Below are positions 44,359 to 54,853 of a stretch of 64,000 nucleotides of DNA, piece after piece. Position numbers and translations under genes: made by a program. How positions within the stretch are numbered: the first letter of the stretch is position 1; the number at the start of each line of letters is the position of its first letter. This DNA comes from an uncultured virus (IMG/VR IMGVR_UViG_3300007514_000623) (lineage: Duplodnaviria > Heunggongvirae > Uroviricota > Caudoviricetes): IMG/VR virus record IMGVR_UViG_3300007514_000623. One strand, given 5' to 3'. A model generated the notes under the pieces. The model had not been told where the DNA came from, ran no database searches, and saw only the letters and a list, made by a program, of their open reading frames with translations.

Positions 44359-44652
44359 ATGGAATTCGACCAAACCGCAGAACTAATTGAAAAGTTAGGG
44401 ATGCCGATTGTTGGTTTATTATTGGTAGGGTGGGGTTTCTGGAAAGTTGTTAAGTGGTTACAAGAATCTATGACAGGAAAAATAAGTTATCAAACCGATA
44501 TACTTATACAACTTATAGATAGAATTCGTGTATTGCAAACAGACATTTTAAAATTAGATACTATGATAAGAACTCGCTATGGTTTGGATGCAGATGAAGA
44601 AAGAATCGCAAGAGCAGATGAAGTTAGAAGAAAAAATAAAAGAACTAAATAA
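44359..44652 (+). CDS. Single-TM protein, holin-like
   Basis: I..LG.PIV.....GW..W TM segment, coiled coil, basic C-terminus; late promoter. Confidence 0.5.
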   Translation: MEFDQTAELIEKLGMPIVGLLLVGWGFWKVVKWLQESMTGKISYQTDILIQLIDRIRVLQTDILKLDTMIRTRYGLDADEERIARADEVRRKNKRTK

Positions 44653-44678
44653 TAATTTTATATTAAGGAGTATGTGAA

Positions 44679-44924
44679 ATGAATGAAGAAGCGAAAGTGG
44701 AAGAAGAAATAAGTGCAGAAGAGCAGGTAATCCAACTAACGGGCAAATTAAAATATGCACAAAAATTGATTACCAATTTACAAACAAAATTGAATGAACA
44801 ACTTGGTATTATTATTCAGCTTGAAGCAAAACTTCAACTTGCTGAAGAAGATCATCAAGGAATTACCAAACAGCTGGAAGAATATGGCCTTAATGCACAG
44901 AAGGGCGTAGCTGCAAAAAAATAA
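44679..44924 (+). CDS. Coiled-coil hypothetical protein
   Basis: AAGGAG SD; heptads. Confidence 0.65.
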   Translation: MNEEAKVEEEISAEEQVIQLTGKLKYAQKLITNLQTKLNEQLGIIIQLEAKLQLAEEDHQGITKQLEEYGLNAQKGVAAKK

Positions 44925-44938
44925 AGGAATAAATTACT

Positions 44939-45685
44939 ATGGCTAGTGTAACCTCAAGACAAGGACTGATAGATTATTGTTTACGAAGATTGGGTCAGCC
45001 CGTTGTTGAAATCAATGTGGATGAAGATCAATTAGAAGAAAGAATTGATGACGCTATTGCCTTTTTCCAAGAATATCATTTTGACGGAGTAGAAAAGGTA
45101 TTTAACAAGCACGTATTAACGCAATCTAACATAGATAATGAATATGTTAGTATTGATAATACAGTTATTAGTGTAGTTAGAGTTTTGCCAGTTCCTAGTT
45201 TTGATTCATTTCAAGGTGGTTTCTTCAATGAAGAATATCAAATGCGTTTAAATGATTTGAATAATTTTTCTGGTTCATCTTTAATTCAATGGAGTATGAA
45301 GTTAAGAAATTTCGCTCAAATTGAACAATTATTTTCTATTGCACCACAAATGATGTTTAATAGAAAACAAGATAGACTTTACTTAGAAACTGATTGGGCG
45401 GATAAATTTAATGTTGGAAGTATTTTAATAGTTGAGGCGTATCGTGCTTTAAATGCTGAAACTTGGCCACAAGTATATAATGATTTATTCTTGAAACAGT
45501 ATGCAACTGCTTTAATAAAAAGACAATGGGGAGAAAACATTAAGAAGTTTGCTGGTGTCGTATTACCAGGCGGTATTACTCTTGATGGTAAAACAATCTA
45601 TGACGAAGCGGTAGAAGAAATAAGACTTATAGAAGAACAAATGAGTCTTAAATATGAACTTCCTATTGATGGATATATGGGTTAA
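44939..45685 (+). CDS. gp13: Neck protein gp13
   Basis: YCLR.LG.PV.EINV...Q, YH.DG, YATAL.K.QWG.N..KF....LPGG...DG. Confidence 0.95.
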   Translation: MASVTSRQGLIDYCLRRLGQPVVEINVDEDQLEERIDDAIAFFQEYHFDGVEKVFNKHVLTQSNIDNEYVSIDNTVISVVRVLPVPSFDSFQGGFFNEEYQMRLNDLNNFSGSSLIQWSMKLRNFAQIEQLFSIAPQMMFNRKQDRLYLETDWADKFNVGSILIVEAYRALNAETWPQVYNDLFLKQYATALIKRQWGENIKKFAGVVLPGGITLDGKTIYDEAVEEIRLIEEQMSLKYELPIDGYMG

Positions 45686-45688
45686 GAT

Positions 45689-46555
45689 ATGCCAACTAAT
45701 CAATATTTTCAGAATTTTAATTCCTTACCACAACAACAGTTAGTTGATGATATTGCTAAGGAAGTAATAAAAATAAATGGAACGGATGTACTTTATCTTC
45801 CTAGAAATTTAGTTAGAAGGGATGATGTTTTAAATGAAGCTCCTATTTCTGTTTTTGAAACAGCATTTGAAGTTGAAGCATATATTCAGAATACAGATGC
45901 TTTTTCTGGACAGGGAGATATTATTGGAAAGTTTGGTTTAAATGTCGAAGATGAAATAATATTTGTAGTACATAAAGAAAGATTCAAAGAAGAAACAAAA
46001 TTAGTTTCACCTAAAGAGGGTGATTTAATTTATCTTTATATGTCTAAAAGTTTATTTCAAATTTCATTTGTTGAACATGAAAAACCATTTTATTCAATGG
46101 GAAAAAATCAAGTGTTTGAAATTACTTGTGAGAAGTTCACATACAGTAATGAAAAATTCCTGATACCAGCTGCACAGATGGGATCATTGTTTGATGGGTT
46201 TGAAAGAGAGTATGCAATTAAAACAGCATTAACATTAGCAGACGTTGAAGGTAATTATACAATAGGTGAAGTAGTATCACAAACAAGTCTAAGTACAACA
46301 GTAAGCGGTGTTGTATCATCATTCGATCCACTTACGCATAAAATTTATCTTTACAATGTGGTTGGTGGAGAATTTACTACTGGTGAAAATTTAATTGGTG
46401 CTAATAGTGCAACAACAAAAAATGTAATTGCTGTGAACGATCAAGAATTATCTGCTAAGGCAGATTCCTATGATGAGAATATTACTTTTGAAACAGAAGG
46501 TGATAACATATTAGACTTTAGTGAAATTGATCCGTGGGCTGAAGGAGACTTATAA
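45689..46555 (+). CDS. gp14: Neck protein gp14
   Basis: E.I...G.DV.YLPR, KFG....DE, P.EGDLIY, VEHE.PFY..GK, LDF.E..P. Confidence 0.93.
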   Translation: MPTNQYFQNFNSLPQQQLVDDIAKEVIKINGTDVLYLPRNLVRRDDVLNEAPISVFETAFEVEAYIQNTDAFSGQGDIIGKFGLNVEDEIIFVVHKERFKEETKLVSPKEGDLIYLYMSKSLFQISFVEHEKPFYSMGKNQVFEITCEKFTYSNEKFLIPAAQMGSLFDGFEREYAIKTALTLADVEGNYTIGEVVSQTSLSTTVSGVVSSFDPLTHKIYLYNVVGGEFTTGENLIGANSATTKNVIAVNDQELSAKADSYDENITFETEGDNILDFSEIDPWAEGDL

Positions 46556-47314
46556 ATGTTTGGTAAACATTTTTATAATAAAAATATTAGAAATATCATT
46601 ATTGTTTTTGGTACAATATTTAACGATATTACAATCGTAAGACAAAACCTCGCTGGTGGTGCAGATCAAAGATTTAAAGTACCTATTGCTTACGGGCCGA
46701 CAGAAAAATGGTTAGCGAGAATAGATCAAAGAAGAATAGATGGTAAAGATAATTTGGCTATTACATTACCACGAATGTCATTTGAAATTACAGCGATGAC
46801 ATATGATACCCAAAGAAAATTACAAAAAACAAAAAGAATTAAAAAAGATATAGCTGCTGATAATACGAAATTGTTAACAGCATATACGCCTGTTCCATAT
46901 ACTTTCGATATTGAATTGAATGTATTAGTCAAGAATAGTGATGATGGTGCTCAGATACTTGAACAAATCATGCCATTCTTTACACCAGAATTTCATGTTA
47001 CCATGAATGAAATGAGTAATTTGGATGTTAAAAGAGACATCCCAATTATTATGACTTCAATCGTTACTAGTGATAGTTACGAAGGTGATATGATAACAAG
47101 ACGTGCTTTAATACATACCTTGAATTTTCAAGTTTTGGGTTTTGTTTATGGGCCAACATCTCAAGTAAGTTTGATAAGGGAAGTGGATGTTAATCTTGGA
47201 GCGCAGATACCAGACCCCGAAGAATTTGATAGAAATGTTGATATTAAACCTAATCCAGCAGATGCTGGGCCAGAAGATGATTTTGGATTTTCCACAACTA
47301 TTAGTGATGTATAA
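46556..47314 (+). CDS. gp15: Tail sheath stabilizer/terminator gp15
   Basis: FY...IR......FG..F, VP..YGP..K.L, LPRMSFE, EQI.P.F.P, RDIPI. Confidence 0.95.
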   Translation: MFGKHFYNKNIRNIIIVFGTIFNDITIVRQNLAGGADQRFKVPIAYGPTEKWLARIDQRRIDGKDNLAITLPRMSFEITAMTYDTQRKLQKTKRIKKDIAADNTKLLTAYTPVPYTFDIELNVLVKNSDDGAQILEQIMPFFTPEFHVTMNEMSNLDVKRDIPIIMTSIVTSDSYEGDMITRRALIHTLNFQVLGFVYGPTSQVSLIREVDVNLGAQIPDPEEFDRNVDIKPNPADAGPEDDFGFSTTISDV

Positions 47315-47319
47315 AATGT

Positions 47320-47736
47320 ATGAAGAAAGAGACTATACAAAAATTAAATGATGTCTTAGATATTGCTGATGATATTATTGATGTTGAAGAACCTACAGAA
47401 ATTGTAAAGAAATCACCAACTGTAGATGTTAACACTACAGACTTAACTGCTGATTATCAATTTTCAAGAGATCAATATCAAACATTAATTGAAAAAGGTA
47501 ATGACGCCCTTGAAGAACTCTTAACGATTGCAAAGGAGGGTGAACAACCTAGAGCATTTGAAGTTGCGACTCAATTAATAAATTCATTAACAGCAACAAC
47601 TAAAGAACTTTTGCAGTTACAAAAAACAAAAGGAGAGATTGAAAAGAAGGATAAATCTGTTGCTAAAACAGAAAACAATCTTTTCATTGGAAGTACAAAA
47701 GAACTGCAAGAGTTGTTAGAACAAAAGAAAAAATAA
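47320..47736 (+). CDS. gp16: Terminase small subunit gp16
   Basis: DY...R......I.KG, PRAFEV, NN.F.GST.ELQ. Confidence 0.93.
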   Translation: MKKETIQKLNDVLDIADDIIDVEEPTEIVKKSPTVDVNTTDLTADYQFSRDQYQTLIEKGNDALEELLTIAKEGEQPRAFEVATQLINSLTATTKELLQLQKTKGEIEKKDKSVAKTENNLFIGSTKELQELLEQKKK

Positions 47737-47737
47737 T

Positions 47738-49354
47738 ATGGCAGATGATAATTCTTATTTAGGTAATAACCTTTTAAAAGGTTTGAACGTACCGCATAAG
47801 TTTACTAAAAAAGAAGTAGAGGAATATGTTAAGTGCCACGATGATCCTATCTACTTTTTGGAAAACTATGTCAAAATTGTCCACGTTGACGAAGGACTTG
47901 TACCTTTTAAGATGTACCCCTTTCAAAGAAATTTGGTTGAAGCAATAATTGAAAACAGAAATGTTATCGTAAAAACTGGTAGGCAGGTTGGTAAAACAAC
48001 TACAACTATTGGTTGGTTATTACATTATATTCTTTTTAATAAAGAAAAAATTGTAGGTATTCTTGCGAATAAAGCTATCACCGCTCGAGAAATTCTTAGT
48101 CGAGTTCAAACATCCTATCAACATCTCCCCAAGTTTCTCCAACAAGGATTAAGAGAATGGAATAAAGGTTCTATGGAACTTGAGAACGGAAGTAAGGTTA
48201 TTGCTTCTTCTACATCCTCAAGTGCAATTCGTGGATTTTCATTTTCTTGTATTCTCTTAGATGAGTTTGCCCATGTTCAAAGACATATTGCAAATGAGTT
48301 TATTCGTTCAGTTTATCCTACGATTTCATCTGGTAAAGAAACGAAAGTTATTATAGTATCTACTCCAAACGGATTTAATTTGTTTTACAAGTTCTGGAAT
48401 GATGCTGAAAACAAAAATAATACATTTTATCCATTCAAGGTACATTGGTCTAATGTGCCAGGCAGAGATGATGCTTGGTATAAACGAACTGTCTCAACTA
48501 TTGGTGAGGATTCTTTCAGACAAGAGTACGAAGCAGAGTTTTTGGGCTCTACGAATACTCTGATTTCGACTGAAAAATTACAAGAAATGTCTTACAATGA
48601 TCCGATCTTTTCTAGAGAAGGATTGGATGTCCATGAAGAACCCAAAGAAGGACACAGTTATACTATTACAGTTGACGTGGCAAGGGGGCAGGGAAACGAT
48701 TATTCGGCCTTCTCGGTTTTCGATACTACTGAAATTCCGTACAAAATAGTTGCAAAATACCGCAATAACACAGTGGCACCCCTACACTTTCCCAATATTA
48801 TAAATACTATAGGTAAGAGATATAATTATGCGTATATTTTAGTAGAAATAAATGACATTGGATCACAAGTTGCTGACGTGCTTCACCATGATTTAGAATA
48901 TGAGCATCTATTTTCGACATCATGGTATGGTAGGCATGGACAGCAAATAAGTAGTGGTGCAAAGAAGGAATCTTCTTTTGGTGTTAGAACAACTAAATCT
49001 ATGAAGAAAATAGGTTGTTCAAATTTAAAATCACTTATAGAAGAAAACAAACTTCTGTTTACTGATTATGATATCATATCAGAACTAACAACATTTATTG
49101 CTACTGGTGAAACCTATTCGGGAGAAGATGGAACAAATGATGATTTAGTAATTACAATGGTATTATTTGCATGGTTGGTAGATCAACAATATTTTAAAGA
49201 TTTAGTTAATCAAAATATAAGAGATAATTTATACCAAAACAACTTAGCAAATTTAGAAGATCATCTAACGCCATTTGGAATTATTAATGATGGTTTAAAT
49301 CAAGATAAATATGAAATAGACTCGGATGGTACAATTTGGGAAAAAGTATCTTAA
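47738..49354 (+). CDS. gp17: Terminase large subunit gp17
   Basis: RQ.GKTT Walker A, LDEFA Walker B, STP.G.N, DV..G...DYS, DDLV. Confidence 0.97.
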   Translation: MADDNSYLGNNLLKGLNVPHKFTKKEVEEYVKCHDDPIYFLENYVKIVHVDEGLVPFKMYPFQRNLVEAIIENRNVIVKTGRQVGKTTTTIGWLLHYILFNKEKIVGILANKAITAREILSRVQTSYQHLPKFLQQGLREWNKGSMELENGSKVIASSTSSSAIRGFSFSCILLDEFAHVQRHIANEFIRSVYPTISSGKETKVIIVSTPNGFNLFYKFWNDAENKNNTFYPFKVHWSNVPGRDDAWYKRTVSTIGEDSFRQEYEAEFLGSTNTLISTEKLQEMSYNDPIFSREGLDVHEEPKEGHSYTITVDVARGQGNDYSAFSVFDTTEIPYKIVAKYRNNTVAPLHFPNIINTIGKRYNYAYILVEINDIGSQVADVLHHDLEYEHLFSTSWYGRHGQQISSGAKKESSFGVRTTKSMKKIGCSNLKSLIEENKLLFTDYDIISELTTFIATGETYSGEDGTNDDLVITMVLFAWLVDQQYFKDLVNQNIRDNLYQNNLANLEDHLTPFGIINDGLNQDKYEIDSDGTIWEKVS

Positions 49355-49425
49355 AATAATTAAATTATGCATTTGATGAAAATATATTAATATAAAAAAT
49401 GTAATTAATTGTAAAGGAGATTAAA

Positions 49426-51159
49426 ATGCCATTTCAAGTATCGCCGGGAGTTAATATTTCCGAAACCGATTTAACTACGATTGTACCAAATGTTGCGACA
49501 AGTATTGGTGCAATGGCTGGATCTTTTCAATGGGGCCCAGTATTAGAAAGAACACAGATAACAACAGAAGGTGAATTGGTTAAAGTATTTGGAGAACCAA
49601 ATGATAGCACCTTTAAAAGTTGGTATGTCGCATCTAATTATCTTTCATATTCTAACAACTTGCTTGTTGTTCGTAACGTACTTGATAGTGCAAGGAATGC
49701 TACAGTTGGTTCAGTTGGAACTCCAATCCTTGTAGAGAACGCTACAGAGTATGATGCAAAAACATTTACCAATCAAATGTTTGTTGCTAAGTATCCAGGC
49801 TTACTTGGAAATAGTTTGAAAGTTCATGCTATTGATAGTGTAGCGTGGACTAACGCAGTTGCTGCTGGTGCAGAAACAACTCTGCGAAATTTATTCAGAT
49901 CAAACTTTGATCGTGCCCCTGGCACATCTCAAGACGTTGCTAACTCTGGTGGTGCAAATGATGAAATGCACATTTTAGTTATTGACGAAGATGGTTTATG
50001 GACAGGAACTCCAGGCGAAGTTCTGGAAACACACGCTTATGTAAGTAAAGCATCTGATGCAAAACGTGTTGATGGTTCATCCAACTATGTTAAAAATGTT
50101 TTGCGTAACGAATCTGCATATGTTTGGTTGGGATTACCTGCTGAATTAACTGCTGATTCAGTTGCAGCTGGTGCAGACGCTGGTTCAGATAAAACAAGTA
50201 CATTTAAAAACTTTGATAGTGCAACTGATGGTGAAAAAATGCCAGGCGGTTCACTTGCTGGTGCTGTTGATGGTGATACAATTACAGATGGTGAATATCA
50301 AACTGCTTATGATCTGTATAAAGAACCACAAGTAGTTGACTTCAATTTGATTATGCAAGGAGCGGGTAGTACAACTGTTGGTGCATATATCAATGACAAC
50401 ATCGCTGAAACACGAAAAGATTGTGTCGCTCTACTTTCTCCTAATCAGTCATCCGTTGTTAATGCTGGTGCTAACCAACAACTGACTGCTTTGGAAACTG
50501 ACAAAACAACTTTGAGTGCTTCAAGTTATGCTATCATGGATAGTGTATATAAATATCAGTACGACAAGTATAATGATGTTTTCCGTTTTGTTCCAATGAA
50601 CGGTGATATGGCTGGTTTATGTGCAAGAACAGATTTTACGCATGATTCATGGTGGAGTCCTGCTGGTTTAACAAGAGGTGTTATTAAGAATGTTGTAAAA
50701 CTTTCTTGGGAGCCTTCAAAAGCAGATCGTGATAAAATGTATCAGTTGGGAATCAACCCAATTATTACTCAAAGAGGTAGTGGTGTAGTTCTTTGGGGAG
50801 ATAAAACGTGTCAAACAATTCCGAGTGCATTTGATCGAATCAATGTACGAAGATTGTTTATCATTCTTGAGAAAGCAATTAGTATTGTTGCAAAATCTAT
50901 GTTGTTTGAATTCAATGACGAGTTTACTCGCTCACAATTCATCAACCTTGTTTCTCCATTTTTGAGAGAAGTTCAAGGACGTAGAGGTATTACAGACTTC
51001 AAAGTAGTTTGTGATTCATCTAATAATACAGGACAAATAGTTGACTCTAATCAGTTTGTTGGTGATATTTTTGTCAAACCGACACGATCAATTAACTATA
51101 TCCAGTTGAACTTTATTGCCGCTCGATCAGATGTATCTTTTACAGAAATCGGTGGTTAA
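49426..51159 (+). CDS. gp18: Tail sheath protein gp18
   Basis: SPGV...E.D, F.WGP, W.SPAG..RG, GDKT, FDRINVRRLF, FEFND.FTR. Confidence 0.97.
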   Translation: MPFQVSPGVNISETDLTTIVPNVATSIGAMAGSFQWGPVLERTQITTEGELVKVFGEPNDSTFKSWYVASNYLSYSNNLLVVRNVLDSARNATVGSVGTPILVENATEYDAKTFTNQMFVAKYPGLLGNSLKVHAIDSVAWTNAVAAGAETTLRNLFRSNFDRAPGTSQDVANSGGANDEMHILVIDEDGLWTGTPGEVLETHAYVSKASDAKRVDGSSNYVKNVLRNESAYVWLGLPAELTADSVAAGADAGSDKTSTFKNFDSATDGEKMPGGSLAGAVDGDTITDGEYQTAYDLYKEPQVVDFNLIMQGAGSTTVGAYINDNIAETRKDCVALLSPNQSSVVNAGANQQLTALETDKTTLSASSYAIMDSVYKYQYDKYNDVFRFVPMNGDMAGLCARTDFTHDSWWSPAGLTRGVIKNVVKLSWEPSKADRDKMYQLGINPIITQRGSGVVLWGDKTCQTIPSAFDRINVRRLFIILEKAISIVAKSMLFEFNDEFTRSQFINLVSPFLREVQGRRGITDFKVVCDSSNNTGQIVDSNQFVGDIFVKPTRSINYIQLNFIAARSDVSFTEIGG

Positions 51160-51163
51160 GTCT

Positions 51164-51171
51164 TATAAATA
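51164..51171 (+). promoter_or_regulatory. T4-type late promoter TATAAATA
   Basis: Exact consensus upstream of gp19. Confidence 0.8.
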
Positions 51172-51196
51172 TACGAAAATAAAGGAGTAATAAAAA

Positions 51197-51787
51197 ATGG
51201 CAACAATATCAGATTTTAAGAATAACTTTAGAGGTGGTGTTCGACCAAACTTATTTCAAGTTGTAATCACTGCTCCAATATTTGGGTCAATGAACTTGGA
51301 ATTTCTTGGAAAAACCACAAGTCTCCCTTCTTCTACTGTAGCTCAGTTTCCAGTAGATTATCGTGGACGACAACTAAAAGTTCCAGGCGATAGAACTTTC
51401 GCTGATTGGGCGGTTACAATTTTGAATGATCCCGAATGGGAAAATCGAACAAAGATTGAACAATGGATGAACGCTATTACAGCACACTCCCAAAATCTTA
51501 GTACAATTTCAAATGCTAATATTTATGGTAGTGCAGCTGTTTCTCAATTAAGTCGAGAAGGAAATGTATTGCGTACATATCGTATGCTAGACATTTTCCC
51601 TGTTGAATGTGCGGCTATTGAGTTGGGTATGGGTTCTAATGATACGGTTGAAGAATTCGCCGTAACATTTGCAGTTAACAACTACACCATTGATGGAAAT
51701 GGCCCAGACGGTAGTGCTACTGGTCTTGGTATTGATATTTCTCTGAATGGTAGAACTAATATCGGTGGTTTATCAATTAATATCTAA
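51197..51787 (+). CDS. gp19: Tail tube protein gp19
   Basis: GG.RPNLF.V, RGR.LK.PGDRTF..W..T..ND, EEF.VTF. Confidence 0.95.
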   Translation: MATISDFKNNFRGGVRPNLFQVVITAPIFGSMNLEFLGKTTSLPSSTVAQFPVDYRGRQLKVPGDRTFADWAVTILNDPEWENRTKIEQWMNAITAHSQNLSTISNANIYGSAAVSQLSREGNVLRTYRMLDIFPVECAAIELGMGSNDTVEEFAVTFAVNNYTIDGNGPDGSATGLGIDISLNGRTNIGGLSINI

Positions 51788-51792
51788 TTGAT

Positions 51793-51820
51793 AGAGGGGG
51801 GAATTTTCCCCCCTTTACTT
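51793..51820 (+). terminator. Intrinsic terminator
   Basis: AGGGGGGAA/TTCCCCCCT stem plus TTTACTT. Confidence 0.75.
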
Positions 51821-51844
51821 TCATAATGAAAAGAGGATACTTTT

Positions 51845-53365
51845 ATGGCATTTGAATTATTTGGATTCACGTTTGATAAAAAAAAGAAAGATACTGGAAG
51901 TTTTATAACTCCGCAAAAAGATGATGGAGCCCTTACTTATATAGAGGGTGGCGGATTTGTAGGAACATATCTCAATACGGATGTTGATGCAAAAGATGAA
52001 AATCTTTTAATTCAAAAATATCGTGAGATGGCTATGACTCAAGAAGTTGATCTTGCATTAACTGACGTTGTTAATGAAGCTGTTTTACACGGCGGAGATC
52101 ATGGTAGAGATGCGGTTGCAATTTCTTTAGAGAATTTAGATTTAAGCGAATCTATAAAAACAAAAATTTCTACGGAATTTCAATCAGTTCTAAAGTTATT
52201 AGACTTCAATCATAATGGTTCTGATCTTTTTAGAAAATGGTATGTTGATGGAAAACTTTATCATCATATTATTATTGATGACGAAAATCCAAGAAAGGGA
52301 ATTAAGCATTTAGTTCCTGTTGATGCATTAGATATCAAAAAAGTTCGTGAGATTCAAAAAGAAAAAGACCCTGTAACAAATATTGAATTTATCACAAACA
52401 TAGAAGAATATTTTATTTACAAACCAGATCAGTTGTCTGGACAGTTTTATCCTCATGGAAGATATCAAGAGGAAATAAAAGTTTCTGCTGATTCAATTTC
52501 CTATGTTCATTCTGGAATGATTGATTCTCAGAAACAAGTTGTTATAGGTTATCTATATAAGTCAATTAAACCTTATAACCAATTAAGGATGATTGAGGAT
52601 TCTTTAGTTATCTATCGCTTGGCAAGAGCACCAGAACGAAGAATTTTTTATATAGATGTTGGTAACTTGCCGAAATTAAAAGCAGAACAATACTTACGTT
52701 CTGTTATGGACAAGTATAAACAAAAGGTTGTTTATAACGCAACTACTGGTGAAGTAGAAGATCAGAAAAAGCAGATGTCAATGCTAGAAGATTTCTGGTT
52801 GCCACGAAGGGAAGGCGGTAGAGGTACAGAGATTAATACCTTACCTAGTGGACAGAATCTTGGTGAGATCGAAGATATAGAATATTTTAGAAAGAAACTA
52901 TATCAAGCATTGAATGTTCCTATCTCTAGAATAGAGGGAACGGAACAAACTGCATTTAATCTTGGAAGAACATCCGAGATTAATAGAGATGAAATTAAGT
53001 TTTCAAAATTTATTACGAAAATACGATATAAATTTTCATCTTTATTTTCAGAATTATTGCGAGTGCAACTTCTTCTTAAAGGAATTATTAGTGAAGATGA
53101 TTGGCACCAGATTAAAGACGGATTAGATTATATATGGACTAAAGATTCACACTATGTTGAATTAAAAGAGAATGAAATTTATAGAGAAAGATTTGAAATT
53201 CTCCAGCAAATGGATGAATATATTGGAAAATATATTTCTAATGAATGGGTAAGAAAGAGTGTTTTACGACAATCAGAACAAGATATAAAAGATATTGATG
53301 CCCAGATTGCGAAAGAAAAACCAGAAGAAGAAGAAACTGATTCTGGTGATGATGATGAATTTTAA
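51845..53365 (+). CDS. gp20: Portal vertex protein gp20
   Basis: WY.DG, NQLRMIED..VIYR..RAPERR.FYIDVGN.P..KAEQY, EDFWLPRR.G..GTEI..LP. Confidence 0.97.
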   Translation: MAFELFGFTFDKKKKDTGSFITPQKDDGALTYIEGGGFVGTYLNTDVDAKDENLLIQKYREMAMTQEVDLALTDVVNEAVLHGGDHGRDAVAISLENLDLSESIKTKISTEFQSVLKLLDFNHNGSDLFRKWYVDGKLYHHIIIDDENPRKGIKHLVPVDALDIKKVREIQKEKDPVTNIEFITNIEEYFIYKPDQLSGQFYPHGRYQEEIKVSADSISYVHSGMIDSQKQVVIGYLYKSIKPYNQLRMIEDSLVIYRLARAPERRIFYIDVGNLPKLKAEQYLRSVMDKYKQKVVYNATTGEVEDQKKQMSMLEDFWLPRREGGRGTEINTLPSGQNLGEIEDIEYFRKKLYQALNVPISRIEGTEQTAFNLGRTSEINRDEIKFSKFITKIRYKFSSLFSELLRVQLLLKGIISEDDWHQIKDGLDYIWTKDSHYVELKENEIYRERFEILQQMDEYIGKYISNEWVRKSVLRQSEQDIKDIDAQIAKEKPEEEETDSGDDDEF

Positions 53366-53378
53366 TCCATAATTAAAT

Positions 53379-53618
53379 ATGAAAATTTCTAAATCCAGTT
53401 TTATTGAAAATTATAAGAAGAAGGTTTCTGACTTGCCTGAAAAGGAAAGGATACAGGAAGCAATTTATTTTGCGTTTGATTTAACAGATCAATATGGTAT
53501 CGTTAGAATTAATAAGGCGATTGCAGAATCCGCAATTAAGTTTAATATCAACGAAGATATACTTAGAGAAAAAATTAACGACTCTGATTTTATTTTAAAT
53601 GAAAGGAAAGCGAAATGA
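53379..53618 (+). CDS. Hypothetical head-region protein
   Basis: ORF between gp20 and gp21. Confidence 0.6.
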   Translation: MKISKSSFIENYKKKVSDLPEKERIQEAIYFAFDLTDQYGIVRINKAIAESAIKFNINEDILREKINDSDFILNERKAK

Positions 53619-53845
53619 GTGATGCAGATACAAGATCAACTAATGTTAGTTTTATAAAACAAATTGTAGATAAAAAATTTAGTAAATCAAATGTTACATT
53701 AGCCGATATGATGAAAAATAAGGCGATGTCAGTTATTGATGATTTCAAAAATTCGTTTAAGTATGTTCCTAATGCTAGTTCACCAACAACAGAACCTAAA
53801 GGTGAGACAAGTACGGAAACAGAAACAGATAATACCACAGGATAA
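53615..53845 (+). CDS. Probable prohead core protein (gp67-like by position)
   Basis: Small ORF with acidic tail after the portal gene; synteny only. Confidence 0.5.
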   Translation: MSDADTRSTNVSFIKQIVDKKFSKSNVTLADMMKNKAMSVIDDFKNSFKYVPNASSPTTEPKGETSTETETDNTTG

Positions 53846-53851
53846 TATAAA

Positions 53852-54196
53852 ATGGATGAAGCACTAACAATCTCTCAAAGATTGAAACGATCTAGAATAA
53901 TGAAAATGAAGTCTGGTATTATTAAAAGAAAACGTGAGATCGCTTTAAACAAAAGAGCAAGTCCTGAGAAAATATTTAACAGAGCGATGAAAAAGGCTCG
54001 TGATATTCTTAGAAAAAAACATACAGCTGGTAAAAGTGCAAAAGACTTATCTATGTCTCAAAAAGAAAAAGTTGAAAAGTTGTTAAGCAAGAAGAAAGGT
54101 ATAATTAAAAAAATTGCTAAAAAATTATTTCCTAAAATGAAGTCTGCTGAAGGGGAGAGATTAAAAGCACGAAGGGCGAAAAAGGGAGAGAAATAA
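53852..54196 (+). CDS. Basic probable prohead core protein (gp68-like by position)
   Basis: EAL...QR.KR...M, very Lys/Arg rich, directly before gp21. Confidence 0.6.
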   Translation: MDEALTISQRLKRSRIMKMKSGIIKRKREIALNKRASPEKIFNRAMKKARDILRKKHTAGKSAKDLSMSQKEKVEKLLSKKKGIIKKIAKKLFPKMKSAEGERLKARRAKKGEK

Positions 54197-54826
54197 ATGA
54201 AACTAATAACAGAACATACCAGCGAAGTTGAATATATTGTTGAAGGTAAAGATAAACAACAATATATTAAAGGTATCTTTATGCAATCTGATATTAAGAA
54301 TCAGAATGGTAGAGTTTATCCATATCCAGTTCTTAAAAAGCAGGTAAAGAAATTTAATGAGAACTTTGTAAAACAAGATAGAGCGTTGGGAGAGTTAGGA
54401 CATCCAGACGGCCCAACCGTTAATCTTGATAGGGTTTCTCATATAATAACAGAATTAAAAGAAGATGGAAAAAATTTCATTGGAAAAGCAAAGATAATCG
54501 ATACACCGAATGGAAAGATTGTAAAAAATCTTCTTGAATCAGGTGTTCGTTTGGGAGTGAGTTCTAGAGGTCTTGGTTCAGTTAAGACAAATAAAGATGG
54601 TGTGAATGAAGTTCAAGATGACTTTGTTCTTTCTACTGTTGATATTGTTTCTGACCCAAGTGCCCCTGACGCATTTGTTAATGGCATTATGGAAGGTAGA
54701 GAATTTAGTCTCACAGGAGAACTTGAGTATGATATTCGTAAAGAGATTAAGAGTACAATATCCAAAAGACTAGATGAAAAGAAGATAAAACTATTTCAAA
54801 GTTTTATGAAAAAATTACAATCTTAA
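54197..54826 (+). CDS. gp21: Prohead protease gp21
   Basis: MKLI.E, N.NGR.YP, ALGELGHP, GVSSRG.GS, D.V.DPSAP.A.V. Confidence 0.97.
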   Translation: MKLITEHTSEVEYIVEGKDKQQYIKGIFMQSDIKNQNGRVYPYPVLKKQVKKFNENFVKQDRALGELGHPDGPTVNLDRVSHIITELKEDGKNFIGKAKIIDTPNGKIVKNLLESGVRLGVSSRGLGSVKTNKDGVNEVQDDFVLSTVDIVSDPSAPDAFVNGIMEGREFSLTGELEYDIRKEIKSTISKRLDEKKIKLFQSFMKKLQS

Positions 54827-54853
54827 TTAGATATTTAAAAGGAGTAGTTAAAA